A DNA stretch of 64,000 bases, taken from assembly GCF_034530835.1 (NCBI RefSeq), contig NZ_JAVRCI010000020.1, forward strand, positions 11,572 to 75,571, in the 5' to 3' direction. The notes under the pieces were generated by a model, which saw only the letters and a program-made list of their open reading frames with translations, was not told the origin of the DNA and did no database searches. Shown here piece by piece: positions 26,393 to 38,340 of this stretch (positions within the stretch are counted from its first letter, which is position 1; every line of letters begins with the position of its first letter). Position numbers and translations under genes: made by a program. This stretch comes from Nostoc sp. DedQUE12b. Lineage in GTDB: Bacteria > Cyanobacteriota > Cyanobacteriia > Cyanobacteriales > Nostocaceae.

Positions 26393-28846
26393 TTAGCCAA
26401 CATTTGCCAAGAGCAATTCTCGTTTTTCTGATTTTTGTACTCTCACTTGAGAGTCATCATCAACATCGATAAGGGCTGTGTCTCCATCTGTAATTTCACC
26501 AGATAGCATTGCTTCGGCGAGAGAATCTTCTAAGAGGCGCATAATTGCCCGGCGTAATGGCCTAGCGCCGTAGCTGGGGTTATAACCTTCCTGTACCACA
26601 AGCTCTTTGAAGCGATCGCTAACTTCTAGGATAATTCCCTTTTCTGTCAAGCGGCTAGCAACATCGCGAAGCATAATTTCGGCGATTTGCTTAACTTCAT
26701 CCTTGGAAAGCTGGGTGAAGACGATAATCTCATCAAGACGGTTAAGGAACTCAGGACGGAAGTAAGCTTTCAATTCCTCATTTACCAAGGTGCGGATGCG
26801 GTTATAACTAGCGTCGGCTTGAGTGTCGAAGTCAAAGCCTAAACCACTACCACCTTTTTCAATCACCTTGGAACCGATGTTAGAAGTCAAAATGATCAGC
26901 GTGTTCTTGAAGTCCACTTTCCGACCTTTAGCATCGGTAAGATGACCGTCATCCAAGAGTTGCAGCAGCATATTGAATACATCAGGGTGTGCTTTTTCGA
27001 TTTCGTCGAATAGCAGCACTGTGTAAGGTTTCCGCCGCACGGCTTCTGTAAGCTGTCCGCCTTCGTCGTATCCTACATAACCAGGAGGCGAACCAATTAG
27101 CTTGGCAACGGTGTGACTTTCCATGTATTCGGACATATCTAGCCGAATCATCGAGTCTTCCGCACCGAAGAAGTAGGAAGCTAGTGCTTTCGCCAATTCT
27201 GTTTTACCAACGCCAGTCGGGCCAGAGAAGATAAAGCTCGCAATAGGACGATTGGGATTTTTCAAACCGACGCGGGCGCGACGGATACCGCGAGATACAG
27301 CCGTAACTGCTTGCTCTTGTCCGATGAGGCGCTGATGCAGAGTATCTTCTAGGTGTAGGAGCAACTCTGACTCAGATTCAGTCAGCTTATTAACTGGTAC
27401 GCCAGTCCAAGAGGCAACGATTTGAGCAATATCTTCTTCGTCAACTACAGTCGAGTTGACAGGTTGCTCGTTTGATGTAAACGTTGCTTGCAGTTGTTCT
27501 GCGAGTTTTAACTCTTGGTCGCGCAGTTGTGTAGCTTTGTCAAAATCTTGGACTCTGACTGCTGCTTCTTTTTCTTTGGTGACGCCAGCGAGTTCACGCT
27601 TGAGTTCTTTATTGGGAGAACTTTGGGAGTTCCGCAGACGAACGCGAGAACCAGCTTCATCAATCAAGTCTATTGCCTTATCTGGCAAGAAGCGATCGCT
27701 AATATAGCGGTCTGATAATTCTGCGGCTGCGACAAGTGCTGAATCCAAAATTGTGACTTTGTGGTGCTGTTCATAAGCACCGCGCAAGCCGTAGAGAATT
27801 TGTACGGTTTCCTCTACCGATGGTTCTCCAACCTGAATCGGTTGGAAACGACGCTCTAGGGCGGCATCGCGCTCAATATGCTTCCGATACTCATCAAGGG
27901 TAGTTGCGCCGATGCACTGGAGTTCACCCCGTGCTAAGGCAGGTTTGAGGATGTTGGCTGCATCCAAACCACCTTCTGTACCACCAGCGCCAACCAAGGT
28001 GTGAATTTCGTCAATCACCAGGATGATATTGCCCACAGTGCGAACTTCTTCTACAACTTTTTTGATGCGTTCTTCAAAATCGCCACGGAAGCGAGTTCCA
28101 GCTACCAATGACCCCATATCGAGGCTGATAACTTGCTTGTCTTGTAAGCTTTCAGGAACATCCTGATTGATAATCCGTTGAGCTAGACCTTCTGCGATCG
28201 CAGTTTTGCCAACTCCTGGTTCTCCAATCAAGACTGGGTTATTCTTGGTGCGGCGACCGAGAATTTGGATCGCTCGCTCAATTTCCTTCTGGCGACCAAC
28301 TACGGGGTCGAGTCTGCCTTCTTGGGCTAATTTGGTCAAATTTCTGCCAAACTCTTCCATTGTTAGCGGTTGGGTGCGCTTTTGATTACCACTACCAGCA
28401 AAAGCCGGTGCATTTTCACCCAAACGGCGAACTATGGCACTGCGGACACTCTTGAAGTCAACCCCTAGATTTTGCAGTACTTTGGCGGCGACACCTTCAC
28501 CAGCCTCGGTTAATCCTAAGAGTAAGTGTTCAGTGTTGATGTAATTCTGTCCCAAACTATGAGCTTCTTTAAACGATTGCTCGAAGAGGCTTTTTACTTT
28601 AGGAGTAAAAGGAATTTCTGGTGGTACAAAGCCAGAACCCCTACCAATAATTTTTTCTACCTCGCGACGTGCATCTTTGAGGGTAACGCCTAATTCAGCT
28701 AGCACTTTAGCAGCAACCCCAGTTCCTTCTCCCATCAAACCCAGGAGAATTTGTTCTGTTCCTACAAAGTTGTGTCCCAGGCGACGGGCTTCCTCCTGAG
28801 CTAACATAATTACTCTAATGGCTTCGGAAGTGAAGTGTTCAAACAT
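26393..28846 (-). CDS. clpC: ATP-dependent Clp protease ATP-binding subunit (ClpC paralog)
   Basis: [37 protein letters not shown], two AAA modules ([16 protein letters not shown]) and a UVR segment; start placed at ATG 28846. Confidence 0.93.
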   Translation of the reverse strand: MFEHFTSEAIRVIMLAQEEARRLGHNFVGTEQILLGLMGEGTGVAAKVLAELGVTLKDARREVEKIIGRGSGFVPPEIPFTPKVKSLFEQSFKEAHSLGQNYINTEHLLLGLTEAGEGVAAKVLQNLGVDFKSVRSAIVRRLGENAPAFAGSGNQKRTQPLTMEEFGRNLTKLAQEGRLDPVVGRQKEIERAIQILGRRTKNNPVLIGEPGVGKTAIAEGLAQRIINQDVPESLQDKQVISLDMGSLVAGTRFRGDFEERIKKVVEEVRTVGNIILVIDEIHTLVGAGGTEGGLDAANILKPALARGELQCIGATTLDEYRKHIERDAALERRFQPIQVGEPSVEETVQILYGLRGAYEQHHKVTILDSALVAAAELSDRYISDRFLPDKAIDLIDEAGSRVRLRNSQSSPNKELKRELAGVTKEKEAAVRVQDFDKATQLRDQELKLAEQLQATFTSNEQPVNSTVVDEEDIAQIVASWTGVPVNKLTESESELLLHLEDTLHQRLIGQEQAVTAVSRGIRRARVGLKNPNRPIASFIFSGPTGVGKTELAKALASYFFGAEDSMIRLDMSEYMESHTVAKLIGSPPGYVGYDEGGQLTEAVRRKPYTVLLFDEIEKAHPDVFNMLLQLLDDGHLTDAKGRKVDFKNTLIILTSNIGSKVIEKGGSGLGFDFDTQADASYNRIRTLVNEELKAYFRPEFLNRLDEIIVFTQLSKDEVKQIAEIMLRDVASRLTEKGIILEVSDRFKELVVQEGYNPSYGARPLRRAIMRLLEDSLAEAMLSGEITDGDTALIDVDDDSQVRVQKSEKRELLLANVG

Positions 28847-29153
28847 AATGGGTTCTTGCTCCCTCGCTGCTTGGACTTTGGGTGAGATAAAATTCACCCT
28901 CATCTAAAGTTTTTTGTATTTTCTTAAGAACAATGTAACTTTATTTAAAGTTAAGTGGCAGTGGTGAGAGCCGTAAGACATCAGGTGTACTTGCCGTCTA
29001 GTAGGAGTGCTGAGTGGAGTACGGGGAAAGTCAGAAGTTCTAAAGTTGACAGTTAAGCTTTCGGTATTTGACAATTTTCTTTTGTCTGTTCTGTTTTCCA
29101 CTGTCAGCTAAACTTAAAACTTAGGACTTAGCACTCTCAACTCAGGACTGACA

Positions 29154-29450
29154 ATGACTGAAGCAACGGCCGGTAAAGACCAACAACATCCACTTTATAA
29201 CCGCGATCGCCCCCTTATTGATATTTTACTCTCTCAAGAGGCAACAGACTATAACTTAGCAGAATTGGCTAGACTGCGAATGCGCTATCAAGGGTTTCCA
29301 GGAGCGAGAGACATCCAAAAAGACCTAGATAAAGTCTTGCAACAGTGGGGTTTGACCGAAGCCGAGCTTTTTGAGAAAACTCGTCAAATTCACGATTCGG
29401 GTGGAATTTACAAAAGCCGTGGCAAGAAAGATGAACAGGATTGGAATTAG
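29154..29450 (+). CDS. DUF3288 family protein
   Basis: QQHPLYNRDR...YNLAELARLRMRYQGFPGARDIQKDL. Confidence 0.75.
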   Translation: MTEATAGKDQQHPLYNRDRPLIDILLSQEATDYNLAELARLRMRYQGFPGARDIQKDLDKVLQQWGLTEAELFEKTRQIHDSGGIYKSRGKKDEQDWN

Positions 29451-29850
29451 TTATTATTTTCCACTCCTAACTCCTGACTCAGCCTTGGAATGATGTTGGC
29501 AAAGCCCGCCGTAGGCATCGCTAATTCTGTGCCTTTGCCTAATTCAGATGTCAGTGTGAATTGTACACCATGTTTTTCTATAATCGACCGGGAAATGGCT
29601 AATCATCAGCAAGTATTTTTACTCACTGGTTTTGTGGTAAAGAAATAGCCAAATAGTTTTTGGAATATTAAAATAAACCTTGATTGCGATCGCTACCTCG
29701 TTTCCAGAACCAGATGAGTTTAGACAAGTCTTCTTGGAAATAGTCTAAATCGATTGTGGCGATCGCTTCTTCAATTTCTCCTCCTGCGATCGGGAAAGGT
29801 TTGCCAATAAAGCTTGATATCTGCCAGAGAATCGTAAAACTTGAAATATG

Positions 29851-30708
29851 TTAGGAATTCGTGTTGGCAAAAGTATTACATTTCTGAGGATCGCCCGTTT
29901 GGATACCTTGTTTAAACCAACGAACCCTTTGAGCGGAACTACCATGTGTAAAAGATTCTGGCACAGCATAGCCTTTAGCTTGTTTTTGCAAGCGGTCATC
30001 CCCAATACTGCTAGCTGCGTTCAATGCTTCTTCAATATCACCTGTCTCTAGAATTTGCCGTGAGCGTTGAGCATGATTTGCCCAAACGCCTGCAAAACAA
30101 TCTGCTTGTAATTCTAATCGCACAGAAAGCTGATTTGCTTGCGTCTGATTCACTTGATTCTGCAAGGTTTGAACTTGCTGCGAAATCCCCAGTAAATTTT
30201 GGACATGATGTCCAATTTCATGAGCAATCACGTATGCTTGAGCAAAATCTCCCGGTGCCTGATATCGAGTCTTCAAATCACGGTAAAAACTCAAGTCAAT
30301 ATACACCTTTTGATCGCGCGGACAATAAAACGGCCCAACTGCTGAACGTGCAAATCCACAAGCAGACTCCACTGCTCCTGAGTAAAGAACTAACTTTGGT
30401 TCTACATAAGTTTCTCCGTCTTGCCGAAACTGCTCACTCCATGTATCTTCTGTATCAGCCAGTACAACAGATACAAAATCCGCCATTTGATCTTGAGTTT
30501 GAGATCCTGTTGTTTGAGGTGACTCAGCTATTGGGCTATCACTTGATGGGGAATCTTGTTGCCAAAGGGCACTAGGATCGCCACCCAATAGTAAAACCAG
30601 TAGCGATATGAGTGCTGCTCCTACGCCTCCACCCACGACAGGAGCGGAAATCTTCATCCCACGCCGATCTTCAACATTTGTACTCCGACGACCTATTTGC
30701 CAACGCAT
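29851..30708 (-). CDS. Neutral zinc metallopeptidase (YpfJ/KPN_02809 family)
   Basis: RRSTNVEDRRG, GPFYCPRD, IAHEIGHHVQ (HExxH), LELQADCFAG, FTHGSSAQR. Confidence 0.9.
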   Translation of the reverse strand: MRWQIGRRSTNVEDRRGMKISAPVVGGGVGAALISLLVLLLGGDPSALWQQDSPSSDSPIAESPQTTGSQTQDQMADFVSVVLADTEDTWSEQFRQDGETYVEPKLVLYSGAVESACGFARSAVGPFYCPRDQKVYIDLSFYRDLKTRYQAPGDFAQAYVIAHEIGHHVQNLLGISQQVQTLQNQVNQTQANQLSVRLELQADCFAGVWANHAQRSRQILETGDIEEALNAASSIGDDRLQKQAKGYAVPESFTHGSSAQRVRWFKQGIQTGDPQKCNTFANTNS

Positions 30709-30969
30709 AATTACTGTTTACCAAACTCATAAAAAAATCCGGCTTGAACTAGGTAGGATGAAATCTACACAAGCCTTTTAGCTATACAAATAAATATTAC
30801 TTATTCTATGTATCGATCTCTTCTGCCTACGGACAAACTATAAATAAAGGACAATCAGCCTTTAGAAAGGTTTTGTTAAACAGGTTGTTCATCAAATCAC
30901 ACAGAATTCCCAAACTCCTTAATAGAGAAAACCACAGTAAGGACAGAAGCGAAATTTCAAAGACGTAAT

Positions 30970-31065
30970 TTGCACTCCATGACCAAGCTCTGAGGATTTG
31001 GGATATCAACACAAGAGAATTTCGTGATGTCTGCGTTGGACATACACATTTAGTTGAGGCTGTCC
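30970..31065 (+). pseudogene. Possible single WD40-repeat remnant
   Basis: Frame reads HDQALRIWDINTREFRDVCVGHTHLVEAV, resembling cyanobacterial WD40 repeats; no full ORF. Confidence 0.35.
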
Positions 31066-31074
31066 CGTGTCACT

Positions 31075-31200
31075 CAATACGGTTCGGTTAAAGGTGAAAG
31101 GGGAAAGGGTAAAGGTTTTTAATACATCCTTTCCCCTTTACCCGCAAACCCATTCCCCAGACCACAAGGAAAGTGAAAAATGCTTATCCAAACTGTATTG
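31075..31200. repeat. Inverted-repeat-bounded dispersed repeat (MITE-like)
   Basis: CAATACGGTTCGGTTAA ... TTATCCAAACTGTATTG ends with a purine/pyrimidine hairpin interior; a related copy lies near 37000-37110. Confidence 0.5.
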
Positions 31201-31429
31201 CCGTGTCACTCACTAATAATAATTCCGCATCAGTTAGGGATCTTTCCGACTTAGTGAATTCACTTTTTGACTTGCACCGTTGAGGGTGTTATTGCCTACC
31301 TCATGAGCGAAGAATGTATTTTATTACTAAGGATAGTTTTGAGTTGAACCAACTCGTATTTAATATAACAAGTACTGAAGGATCAACTTTGTCAGTGATT
31401 AATCTTTCCCCTGCGACCAAGGAGTAATA

Positions 31430-32392
31430 ATGGTTTTAATTCAATATCAACGTGCTGTAGGCGTATTTACTCATCGAAGAGATGCAGAGCAGGCAATACA
31501 TGAGTTGAGAGATTCTGGCTTGGCGATGGAGAAAGTATCTATACTTGTGCAAAATTCAGATCGCAATCATGAGATTGCCGATAATAAAGTTAAAGAGGAC
31601 ACTGGTGATAAAGCTGACGAAGGTGCAACAGTAGGAGGGCTTTCAGGGGGCGCTGTTGGTGGGTTAACTGGTTTATTAGTGGGTCTTGGAACTTTAGCAA
31701 TCCCTGGAGTTGGCCCAATAATGCTGGCTGGGGCAGCGGCAACTGCTTTGGTTACAACCCTTGTTGGCGCAAGTATTGGTGCTGCCACTGGGACTTTTGC
31801 TGGTGCATTAGTTGGTTGGGGAATGTCGTCAGAGCAAGCTAGAGCATATAACGAGCGAGTAGAGGAGGGACACTATTTAATAATCGTGGATTGTACATCT
31901 TTTGAAATTGCTAAAGTACAAGAAATACTACAGCGTTGGGGTATTGAAGAATTTGGTATTTACGAGCATCTCAACAGTGAATATGAAACTACAAATTCTC
32001 CGACCACAACGACTTCTAATACTGCCATTCCTAATAAAAGTGGGATGATGTCTAAGTATAGTGTTAGTTGCTTTAATAGCATCGCTAATGCTGAAGCGGC
32101 AATTAAGGATATGTGTGTCGCAGGTTTTTCAGTAAATCAGATTTCCTTAATTTGCAAAGACTTTTCTCAATTCCTTGGGTCCACAGGCATTAATTTAAGT
32201 GAACGCTTTGACGCTATGAGGTTAGGAATAGCAGATGAGTGGGCACGCTTTTACAATGAGCAAATAGAGCAAGGAAATTACATACTTATCGTTAGTGGCA
32301 CAGATGGTGAGCAAGATATAGCTAGGTCTATTCTGTGTAACTATGGGGTTCAAGAGTCTCAAATTTATGACCCAATGTTAATTCGTTCTTAA
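31430..32392 (+). CDS. General stress protein (Gly-zipper, YflT/DUF1269-like)
   Basis: RAVGVFTHRRDAEQA, GGAVGGLTGLLVGLGTLAIPGVGPIMLAG, duplicated C-terminal domain. Confidence 0.75.
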   Translation: MVLIQYQRAVGVFTHRRDAEQAIHELRDSGLAMEKVSILVQNSDRNHEIADNKVKEDTGDKADEGATVGGLSGGAVGGLTGLLVGLGTLAIPGVGPIMLAGAAATALVTTLVGASIGAATGTFAGALVGWGMSSEQARAYNERVEEGHYLIIVDCTSFEIAKVQEILQRWGIEEFGIYEHLNSEYETTNSPTTTTSNTAIPNKSGMMSKYSVSCFNSIANAEAAIKDMCVAGFSVNQISLICKDFSQFLGSTGINLSERFDAMRLGIADEWARFYNEQIEQGNYILIVSGTDGEQDIARSILCNYGVQESQIYDPMLIRS

Positions 32393-32648
32393 AAGCGGGT
32401 GCTGTCATGAATGGGAGCAAACTTATTATTTGAGTTTTGGAAGATACAGCAGAATTCAGGAGTAAAAAACGCTTTATATCTGGTTAACAGACTTACCTTG
32501 TGTAGCTCACTTTCCTTGCAATCTGCTGTATCAAAAAGCAATGGGTTTTGCAGCCTGAAAACTTTACTATGTAGAGAATCGACACCTTTCAAGGTTATAG
32601 CAAGTGGTGTCGATGAGCTTCAATATATTCACCTGACAGCAAAATATC

Positions 32649-34163
32649 TTACTTAAAATTCTCAACAGTTTTGCTTTGCTCAGGGTCAGCAGTGAGCGAA
32701 GTTGAAGGGTCAACCTGTATTGCCTCTTTCTCCGTCTCCAGTTCCTCCCGTTGCTTGCCATACTCCCGCAGCTGCTTCAAAAGGTTTTCTTGGGATGAGT
32801 TCGGGATAGACGGACTAGGACTTGGTTGAAGGTCGGTATCGGTACTTGCAAAATTAGCCGCTGAAGGATTATTTTCGTAGACTGGTAGCGACTTGTCATT
32901 AAACATAGCCTCTTGGGTTGGTGCTGAGGTAGGAATTAGATTCTTTGGTTTGCTGACAGCAGCTTTTACCGAATCTAGAGTAGTAGCAACCTGCACTTGT
33001 TGCTGCATCTGTTGTGTAGAAGATACTAAACCACTTAAACCATTCACCAATTGCCGCAAATTTTTACGGAAATTAGGATCGCCTGTCAATTCATCTAAAT
33101 CAGATGTAATTTTTTGGGTATTTTCAAAGGTTACTCGTGCTGAATCTAAAGTTTGTTGCAGCAACACCGCATTCTTTGGATCGTTTAAGGTTTTAGAAGC
33201 ATCACGTAAATTAGCTGAGGCTTGAGCTGCATTTGCTGAAAGCGTTTCTAAATTGTTGAGTAATTCTCCTTGAGTCAATCGATTGACAGATGGTGATAAG
33301 CTACTGACTGTAACACGCAATTGGTTGCTGGTTTCGGTGATATTGTTCAACGCACCAACCAGTGTCGAACGATTTGTTGTCAACAAATTATCCAGGTTGT
33401 TCAGCAATCGATTTGCTTGAGTTGCAGTTGCACCGAATTTATTTACTGTTTGATTTGCAGATGCATTAAGTTGGTTTGTCGCCCGTTGCACTGAATTAGC
33501 CGTAGCGGAAAATGTATTAAGTTGTAGTTGTAAGCTTTTGGTCAAACCTTGTAAATCTTGACTTAGCTCACTAAAACTGGATGCTGCGCCTGTGGTAGTT
33601 TCTAGAACTCTATTGACATTTCTATAAAATTTTGGGTCATTGTATACAGCGGCTAGCTCAGTTGAACTGCGAATTAGTGCATCAACACTGATGCCAACCT
33701 GACCTTTTAACCGAGAGCCATTACAGACGATGAGGCTGGGATCACAACTTTTATCTAAAGGTTTAGCAATCACAACCCCAGCAGGCAAGCTTGCTTTTGG
33801 TGTGATGTCGATAATACTTTCGCTAATTAATCCGCTTTGATTAGCTTCCACTACGACATTACGGGGGATAATCAGGCCAGTTTGGGCAATTTCAATTTCT
33901 ACATCAATGGCATTTGGCCCTGGTCGAACCTGGGAAATAGTTCCTACCTTAACGCCACGATAGCGAACTGCTGCTCCCTTTTGCATTCCGCCAGCGTTGG
34001 CAAATTCTACAATAATTTTGTATGAACGGCCAGCAGCAGTGAATCTATTTAACCACAGAAAGAGTAATCCAAATACCCCTAGTCCTAGCAGGAGTAATAA
34101 CCCCACAGAACCTTCTCTAAATGTTCGCCCAGACGCGAAGCGACTTGTCATAAGACCTCGCAT
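32649..34163 (-). CDS. mlaD: MlaD/MCE family lipid transport protein
   Basis: FREGSVGLLLLLG, GGMQKGAAVRYRGVKVG MCE motif, long helical C-terminus. Confidence 0.88.
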   Translation of the reverse strand: MRGLMTSRFASGRTFREGSVGLLLLLGLGVFGLLFLWLNRFTAAGRSYKIIVEFANAGGMQKGAAVRYRGVKVGTISQVRPGPNAIDVEIEIAQTGLIIPRNVVVEANQSGLISESIIDITPKASLPAGVVIAKPLDKSCDPSLIVCNGSRLKGQVGISVDALIRSSTELAAVYNDPKFYRNVNRVLETTTGAASSFSELSQDLQGLTKSLQLQLNTFSATANSVQRATNQLNASANQTVNKFGATATQANRLLNNLDNLLTTNRSTLVGALNNITETSNQLRVTVSSLSPSVNRLTQGELLNNLETLSANAAQASANLRDASKTLNDPKNAVLLQQTLDSARVTFENTQKITSDLDELTGDPNFRKNLRQLVNGLSGLVSSTQQMQQQVQVATTLDSVKAAVSKPKNLIPTSAPTQEAMFNDKSLPVYENNPSAANFASTDTDLQPSPSPSIPNSSQENLLKQLREYGKQREELETEKEAIQVDPSTSLTADPEQSKTVENFK

Positions 34164-34257
34164 TTTTTTGCCTCCACCAACAACCAATAACCAATTAGGA
34201 GTTAAAAGTTAGGAGTTAGTAGTTAAATTTAACTTTTTACTCCTGGCTTTTAAGTTT

Positions 34258-35040
34258 CTAGCCGGCGACTTTAATCGGGCCTTGAACACTTCCACTGATA
34301 AATTGTCTGATCAAGGGATCTTCTGTGTTGTATATTTCACTAACTGTACCTTGCCACTGCACTTTACCTTCATAGAGAAATATAAGTCTATCAGATGTAC
34401 GGCGGATAGTGCTGTCTTGGTGGGTAACAACAGCATAAGTACTACAAACTCCATGTAAACATTGCAAGTGGCGGATTAAATCTTCGATGACTGTCGAGGC
34501 AATGGGATCGAGTCCAGCTGTTGGTTCGTCGTATAATAGAACTTCTGGCCCTTCATTGGGATTATCGGGGTTAGACATAATCGCACGGGCAAAACTTACC
34601 CGTTTGCGCATTCCCCCGGAAAGTTCGGCTGGGTAGAGGTCGGCTATTTCTGGCAAACCTACCATCTCCAATTTTTCGTTTACCAAATCTCGGATGCGCG
34701 ATCGCCGCAGCCTTGAATTTTGATAAAGTAGAAATCCCACATTTTCCTCCACTGTCAGCGAATCAAATAGGGCCGCCTGCTGAAACACCATACCAATGCC
34801 AACCTGCTGGCCGCCATCCTCAATCAAACCCTCTCGCCGCACTCCTTGCACATAAATTTCTCCTTCATCAGGACTAAGTAACCCCGCTATTACTCGTAAG
34901 ATAGTTGATTTCCCTGTCCCTGATGGCCCAATAATACCCAGTGCTTCTCCCCGGTAAATGGTCAAGTCTACATTATCTAGAACTTTATGGCTACCAAAGG
35001 ACTTAGAAACACCTTTCAGTTCAATCAATGGTTCAGTCAT
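34258..35040 (-). CDS. mlaF: MlaF/TGD3-type ABC ATP-binding protein
   Basis: GPSGTGKS, FQQAALFDSLTVEENV, LSGGMRKRVSFARA, LYDEPTAGLDP. Confidence 0.9.
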   Translation of the reverse strand: MTEPLIELKGVSKSFGSHKVLDNVDLTIYRGEALGIIGPSGTGKSTILRVIAGLLSPDEGEIYVQGVRREGLIEDGGQQVGIGMVFQQAALFDSLTVEENVGFLLYQNSRLRRSRIRDLVNEKLEMVGLPEIADLYPAELSGGMRKRVSFARAIMSNPDNPNEGPEVLLYDEPTAGLDPIASTVIEDLIRHLQCLHGVCSTYAVVTHQDSTIRRTSDRLIFLYEGKVQWQGTVSEIYNTEDPLIRQFISGSVQGPIKVAG

Positions 35041-35691
35041 TAGTTATTAGTCACTTGTACTGAGCACAGCCGAAGTATTGGTCATCGATCGTTGGTCATT
35101 AGTTAGTAGAAAATAAACAAATGACTACTGAGAACTAACAAAGGACAAATATGCCCAATAGTGATTTGATGGTGATTGGTAGGACATTGTATAGTGTATT
35201 ATAAGTAGATAATGAGCATTCTGATTAGCAAACTTTATTTTTTTAGCATAATATTTAGTTACTGGCGATGTTTATCGTCTCAAAATACCCTCAATCCAAG
35301 GCTGAGGAGAAGACCGTAGTAATTAAACATCTCAGTGATGTGAAAATAACATTTCAGTTTTCTGTAGACATCAGCAAAGTTATTTATATATTATTAATAT
35401 CCTACTTAACTTTATAACGATTCAGGTTGATACAAAATAGAAAAATCAAATTTAAGTTGTGAAAACCAAAAAGTTTAGACTTGCTATTTTTATATAAGTC
35501 ACAAACCTGGTTTTTCATTAATTATGAATTATGGTTATAAAAAATTAGCTTCCTGCTATTCAAAGTTGTTGTAATTAGCAGAATTATTAAATAATTGGAA
35601 AAATTAATAGCATTACTCGCCAATGGATTTGGCAAAGTCAAAAATTATTTATTAAAATTATAATAATTAGTTACAAATCAAAATAAAAATT

Positions 35692-36729
35692 ATGAGTAGC
35701 CAATTAGAACAGTTTGCAAGTGATAATTACTCTGGTATTTGTCCTGAAGCACTGGAATATATGATTAGGGCAAATCAAGGTAGTGTTCCAGCTTATGGAA
35801 ATGATGAATGGACTCAAAAAGCAACAGATTATTTTCGGGAACTCTTTGAAATTGATTGTGAAGTATTTTTTACCTTTAACGGCACAGCCGCCAATTCTTT
35901 ATCTTTAGCTGCTCTTTGCCAGTCATATCACAGCGTCATTTGCCATGAGACATCTCACATAGAAACAGATGAATGTGGCGCACCTGAATTTGCATCTAAT
36001 GGCTCTAAATTGTTACTTGCTCAAGGTAAAAATGGCAAATTAACATCAGATTCTATAGAGTCAATTGTCACCAAACGTACTGACATTCATTATCCCAAAC
36101 CGAAAGTTATTAGCATTACACAATCAACTGAATTAGGAACTTTATATTCTATTGAAGAACTTTTAAGTATTAGAGAAGTTGCAAACAAATATAACTTAAA
36201 ACTTCACATGGATGGCGCTCGTTTTGCAAATGCAGTTGCCGCTATGAATAAAAGCCCTGCTGAAATTACTTGGAAAACTGGAGTGGATGTATTGTGTTTT
36301 TGTGGTACCAAGAATGGAATGGCATTAGGTGAAGCCATTCTTTTCTTCAATAAAGCCCTAGCAGAAGATTTTGATTATCGATGCAAGCAAGCAGGCCAGC
36401 TAGCTTCAAAAATGCGGTTTATTTCGGCTCCTTGGTTGGGTTTATTGGAAACTGGTGCTTGGCTAAAAAATGCTAGACATGCTAATCAATGTGCTGAATA
36501 CTTAGAAAATCAACTATTAAACATAGAAGGTGTTAACTTGATGTTTCCTAGACAAGCTAACGCTGTATTTGTAAAATTACCTGAAGAAGTCATTCACAGT
36601 TTAAAAGCCAAAAACTGGCAGTTTTATACATTTATTGGTGTGGGGGGAGTACGTTTTATGTGTTCTTGGAACACTACTCAATTAAGGATTGATGAGTTGA
36701 TTGATGATATTAAAAACGCAACAAAGTAA
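35692..36729 (+). CDS. ltaE: Low-specificity L-threonine aldolase
   Basis: FASDNYSG, FNGTAANSL, HMDGARFANA, CFCGTKNG (PLP Lys), QAGQLASKMRF. Confidence 0.9.
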   Translation: MSSQLEQFASDNYSGICPEALEYMIRANQGSVPAYGNDEWTQKATDYFRELFEIDCEVFFTFNGTAANSLSLAALCQSYHSVICHETSHIETDECGAPEFASNGSKLLLAQGKNGKLTSDSIESIVTKRTDIHYPKPKVISITQSTELGTLYSIEELLSIREVANKYNLKLHMDGARFANAVAAMNKSPAEITWKTGVDVLCFCGTKNGMALGEAILFFNKALAEDFDYRCKQAGQLASKMRFISAPWLGLLETGAWLKNARHANQCAEYLENQLLNIEGVNLMFPRQANAVFVKLPEEVIHSLKAKNWQFYTFIGVGGVRFMCSWNTTQLRIDELIDDIKNATK

Positions 36730-37148
36730 GCGATTTGATTACTTGAATCTATCCCACTAATACCAGAAATGTGATAATCTGCTTTTCAAATCAAAAAGGT
36801 ATAATCACGGTATGGCTGGGCGGTTTGTTCGCGTAGCGTTCCGAAGGAAAGGATTAACAGACTAAGACTGGAGGCTGTTTGAAGATATATTTTCAAAAGA
36901 ACCAGAAAAGCTATGGTCATAAGGGCAAAGGAATTTTAATACATACCCTAACTGACGGCAATGGAATGCCTTTAGCTAATAGTACAACAATCCTAAAATT
37001 AAATACGCTTGGGTTAAGGGTTATTGGTATAGATTATTGGTTTTTAAAGACGCGATAAATCGCGTCTCTACACTAGGGTTTTGTTGCTCATTTTAAACTG
37101 TATTGTCCTAAAATTGCTCCAGGTTATTATAACTGATAATGTCAGCGT

Positions 37149-37589
37149 TTACTTGGTATGTAACTCCAACTGCAATTTTGATTGTTGCCACAAACCCAAA
37201 TGCTTATTTTTAGCATTAGCTTCTGCAATTAAAAATTGGGTTTTGCTCTCATAGCAATTTTGTAAAGATTCTTGGTCAACGACGGCATTACCTGACTCTA
37301 CCAGAAGAAAATTTACTGACCGATTATCTACAAACACTTCACCCGCTGGGCGACCACTTTTAAGTTGTTCTGTGCTTCTAATCACGATAGGAGTTTGAGG
37401 TGGTAATAGCTGTTTTAGCTTTTGTATTGCTGCTAAACCATAACGCTTGTCAGTTGCCTCTGGTGCATTAATACACGCTAACTTGACTATAGTTGTTTGT
37501 CCTGCATTATCTTTTACCAAAATTGTGTTCCCATCTGTAACACCAACTACTGTACCTAGCACCAACATTAGTTGCAGTAATTCCATCAT
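37149..37589 (-). CDS. Thermonuclease (SNase) family protein
   Basis: VVGVTDGNTI, VKLACINAPE, SVNFLLVESGNA, AEANAKNKHLGLW; some catalytic residues look degenerate. Confidence 0.8.
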   Translation of the reverse strand: MMELLQLMLVLGTVVGVTDGNTILVKDNAGQTTIVKLACINAPEATDKRYGLAAIQKLKQLLPPQTPIVIRSTEQLKSGRPAGEVFVDNRSVNFLLVESGNAVVDQESLQNCYESKTQFLIAEANAKNKHLGLWQQSKLQLELHTK

Positions 37590-37737
37590 TTTATATCTGA
37601 GGGGGCGACATGAAAGCTAAAACGTAGACAGAATAAGCTTTATAGCCCTCAAACCTCGTAACTAATGCTCAATCTTATTGCGATTTAATTTCATTAATTT
37701 TTGAACAATACACTAACAATTATCCATGAAACTTACG

Positions 37738-38101
37738 CAGGGTTGACTATATAAACCGACATAAAAACTGTTATGTCTCCTGGTCAATCGTCCATATTCT
37801 TTGACTCTAGCAATATATTTTTGTACACCAATACACTTAATTTTTTGCCCTTGAAAGGTTGACATACTATAAGCATGCTTTCAAATAATATTGGTACAGG
37901 TAAAGCATTCGCCATTTTTTCTAGACTGACTTCTTTAATATCTTGTAGGACATTAATCAGCAGGTTTAAAAACAACAATTCGGACTCCGAGAGTTGATTT
38001 TCTAAGTTAGTTTGATACAATGGAGGTAACATTTTCAATAGATAGGTTTTCTTGACAATGAGTGATCTATCTTTTTTTACCATAATTCAGTCAAACCCTT
38101 G
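37738..38101 (-). mobile_element. Internally deleted IS4-family element
   Basis: MLPPLYQTNLENQLSESELLFLNLLINVLQDIKEVSLEKMANALPVPILFES is a cyanobacterial IS4 transposase N-terminus; imperfect end repeats GGGTTGACT / AGTCAAACCC. Confidence 0.65.
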
Positions 38102-38340
38102 CATCAGTTGGAATATAAGGCGCGTGTCGCCCCTTCAGCGCAAAACGTTCAGCCTAATTATGATCAGGAAGAATTTCAGGGTAGTCAAGAAAATACTACC
38201 ATTGAGAAGCTTTATCTCGTAAAGAACGTAAAAGGTTTATTGCTTCATATTTGCAATATTCTCCCTCAAGTGTCCCCTTTGCCAATACTATGCCACCTGA
38301 ATTCTTACATTAGTGTTCTGCCACTACTAAAAAATACTGG

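Noticed and set aside
29690-29845. Possible gene remnant (FYDSLADIKLYWQTFPD / GEIEEAIATIDLDYFQ) downstream of the metallopeptidase
   Set aside because: It looks protein-like, but I cannot assign a family; a BLASTx search would be needed.
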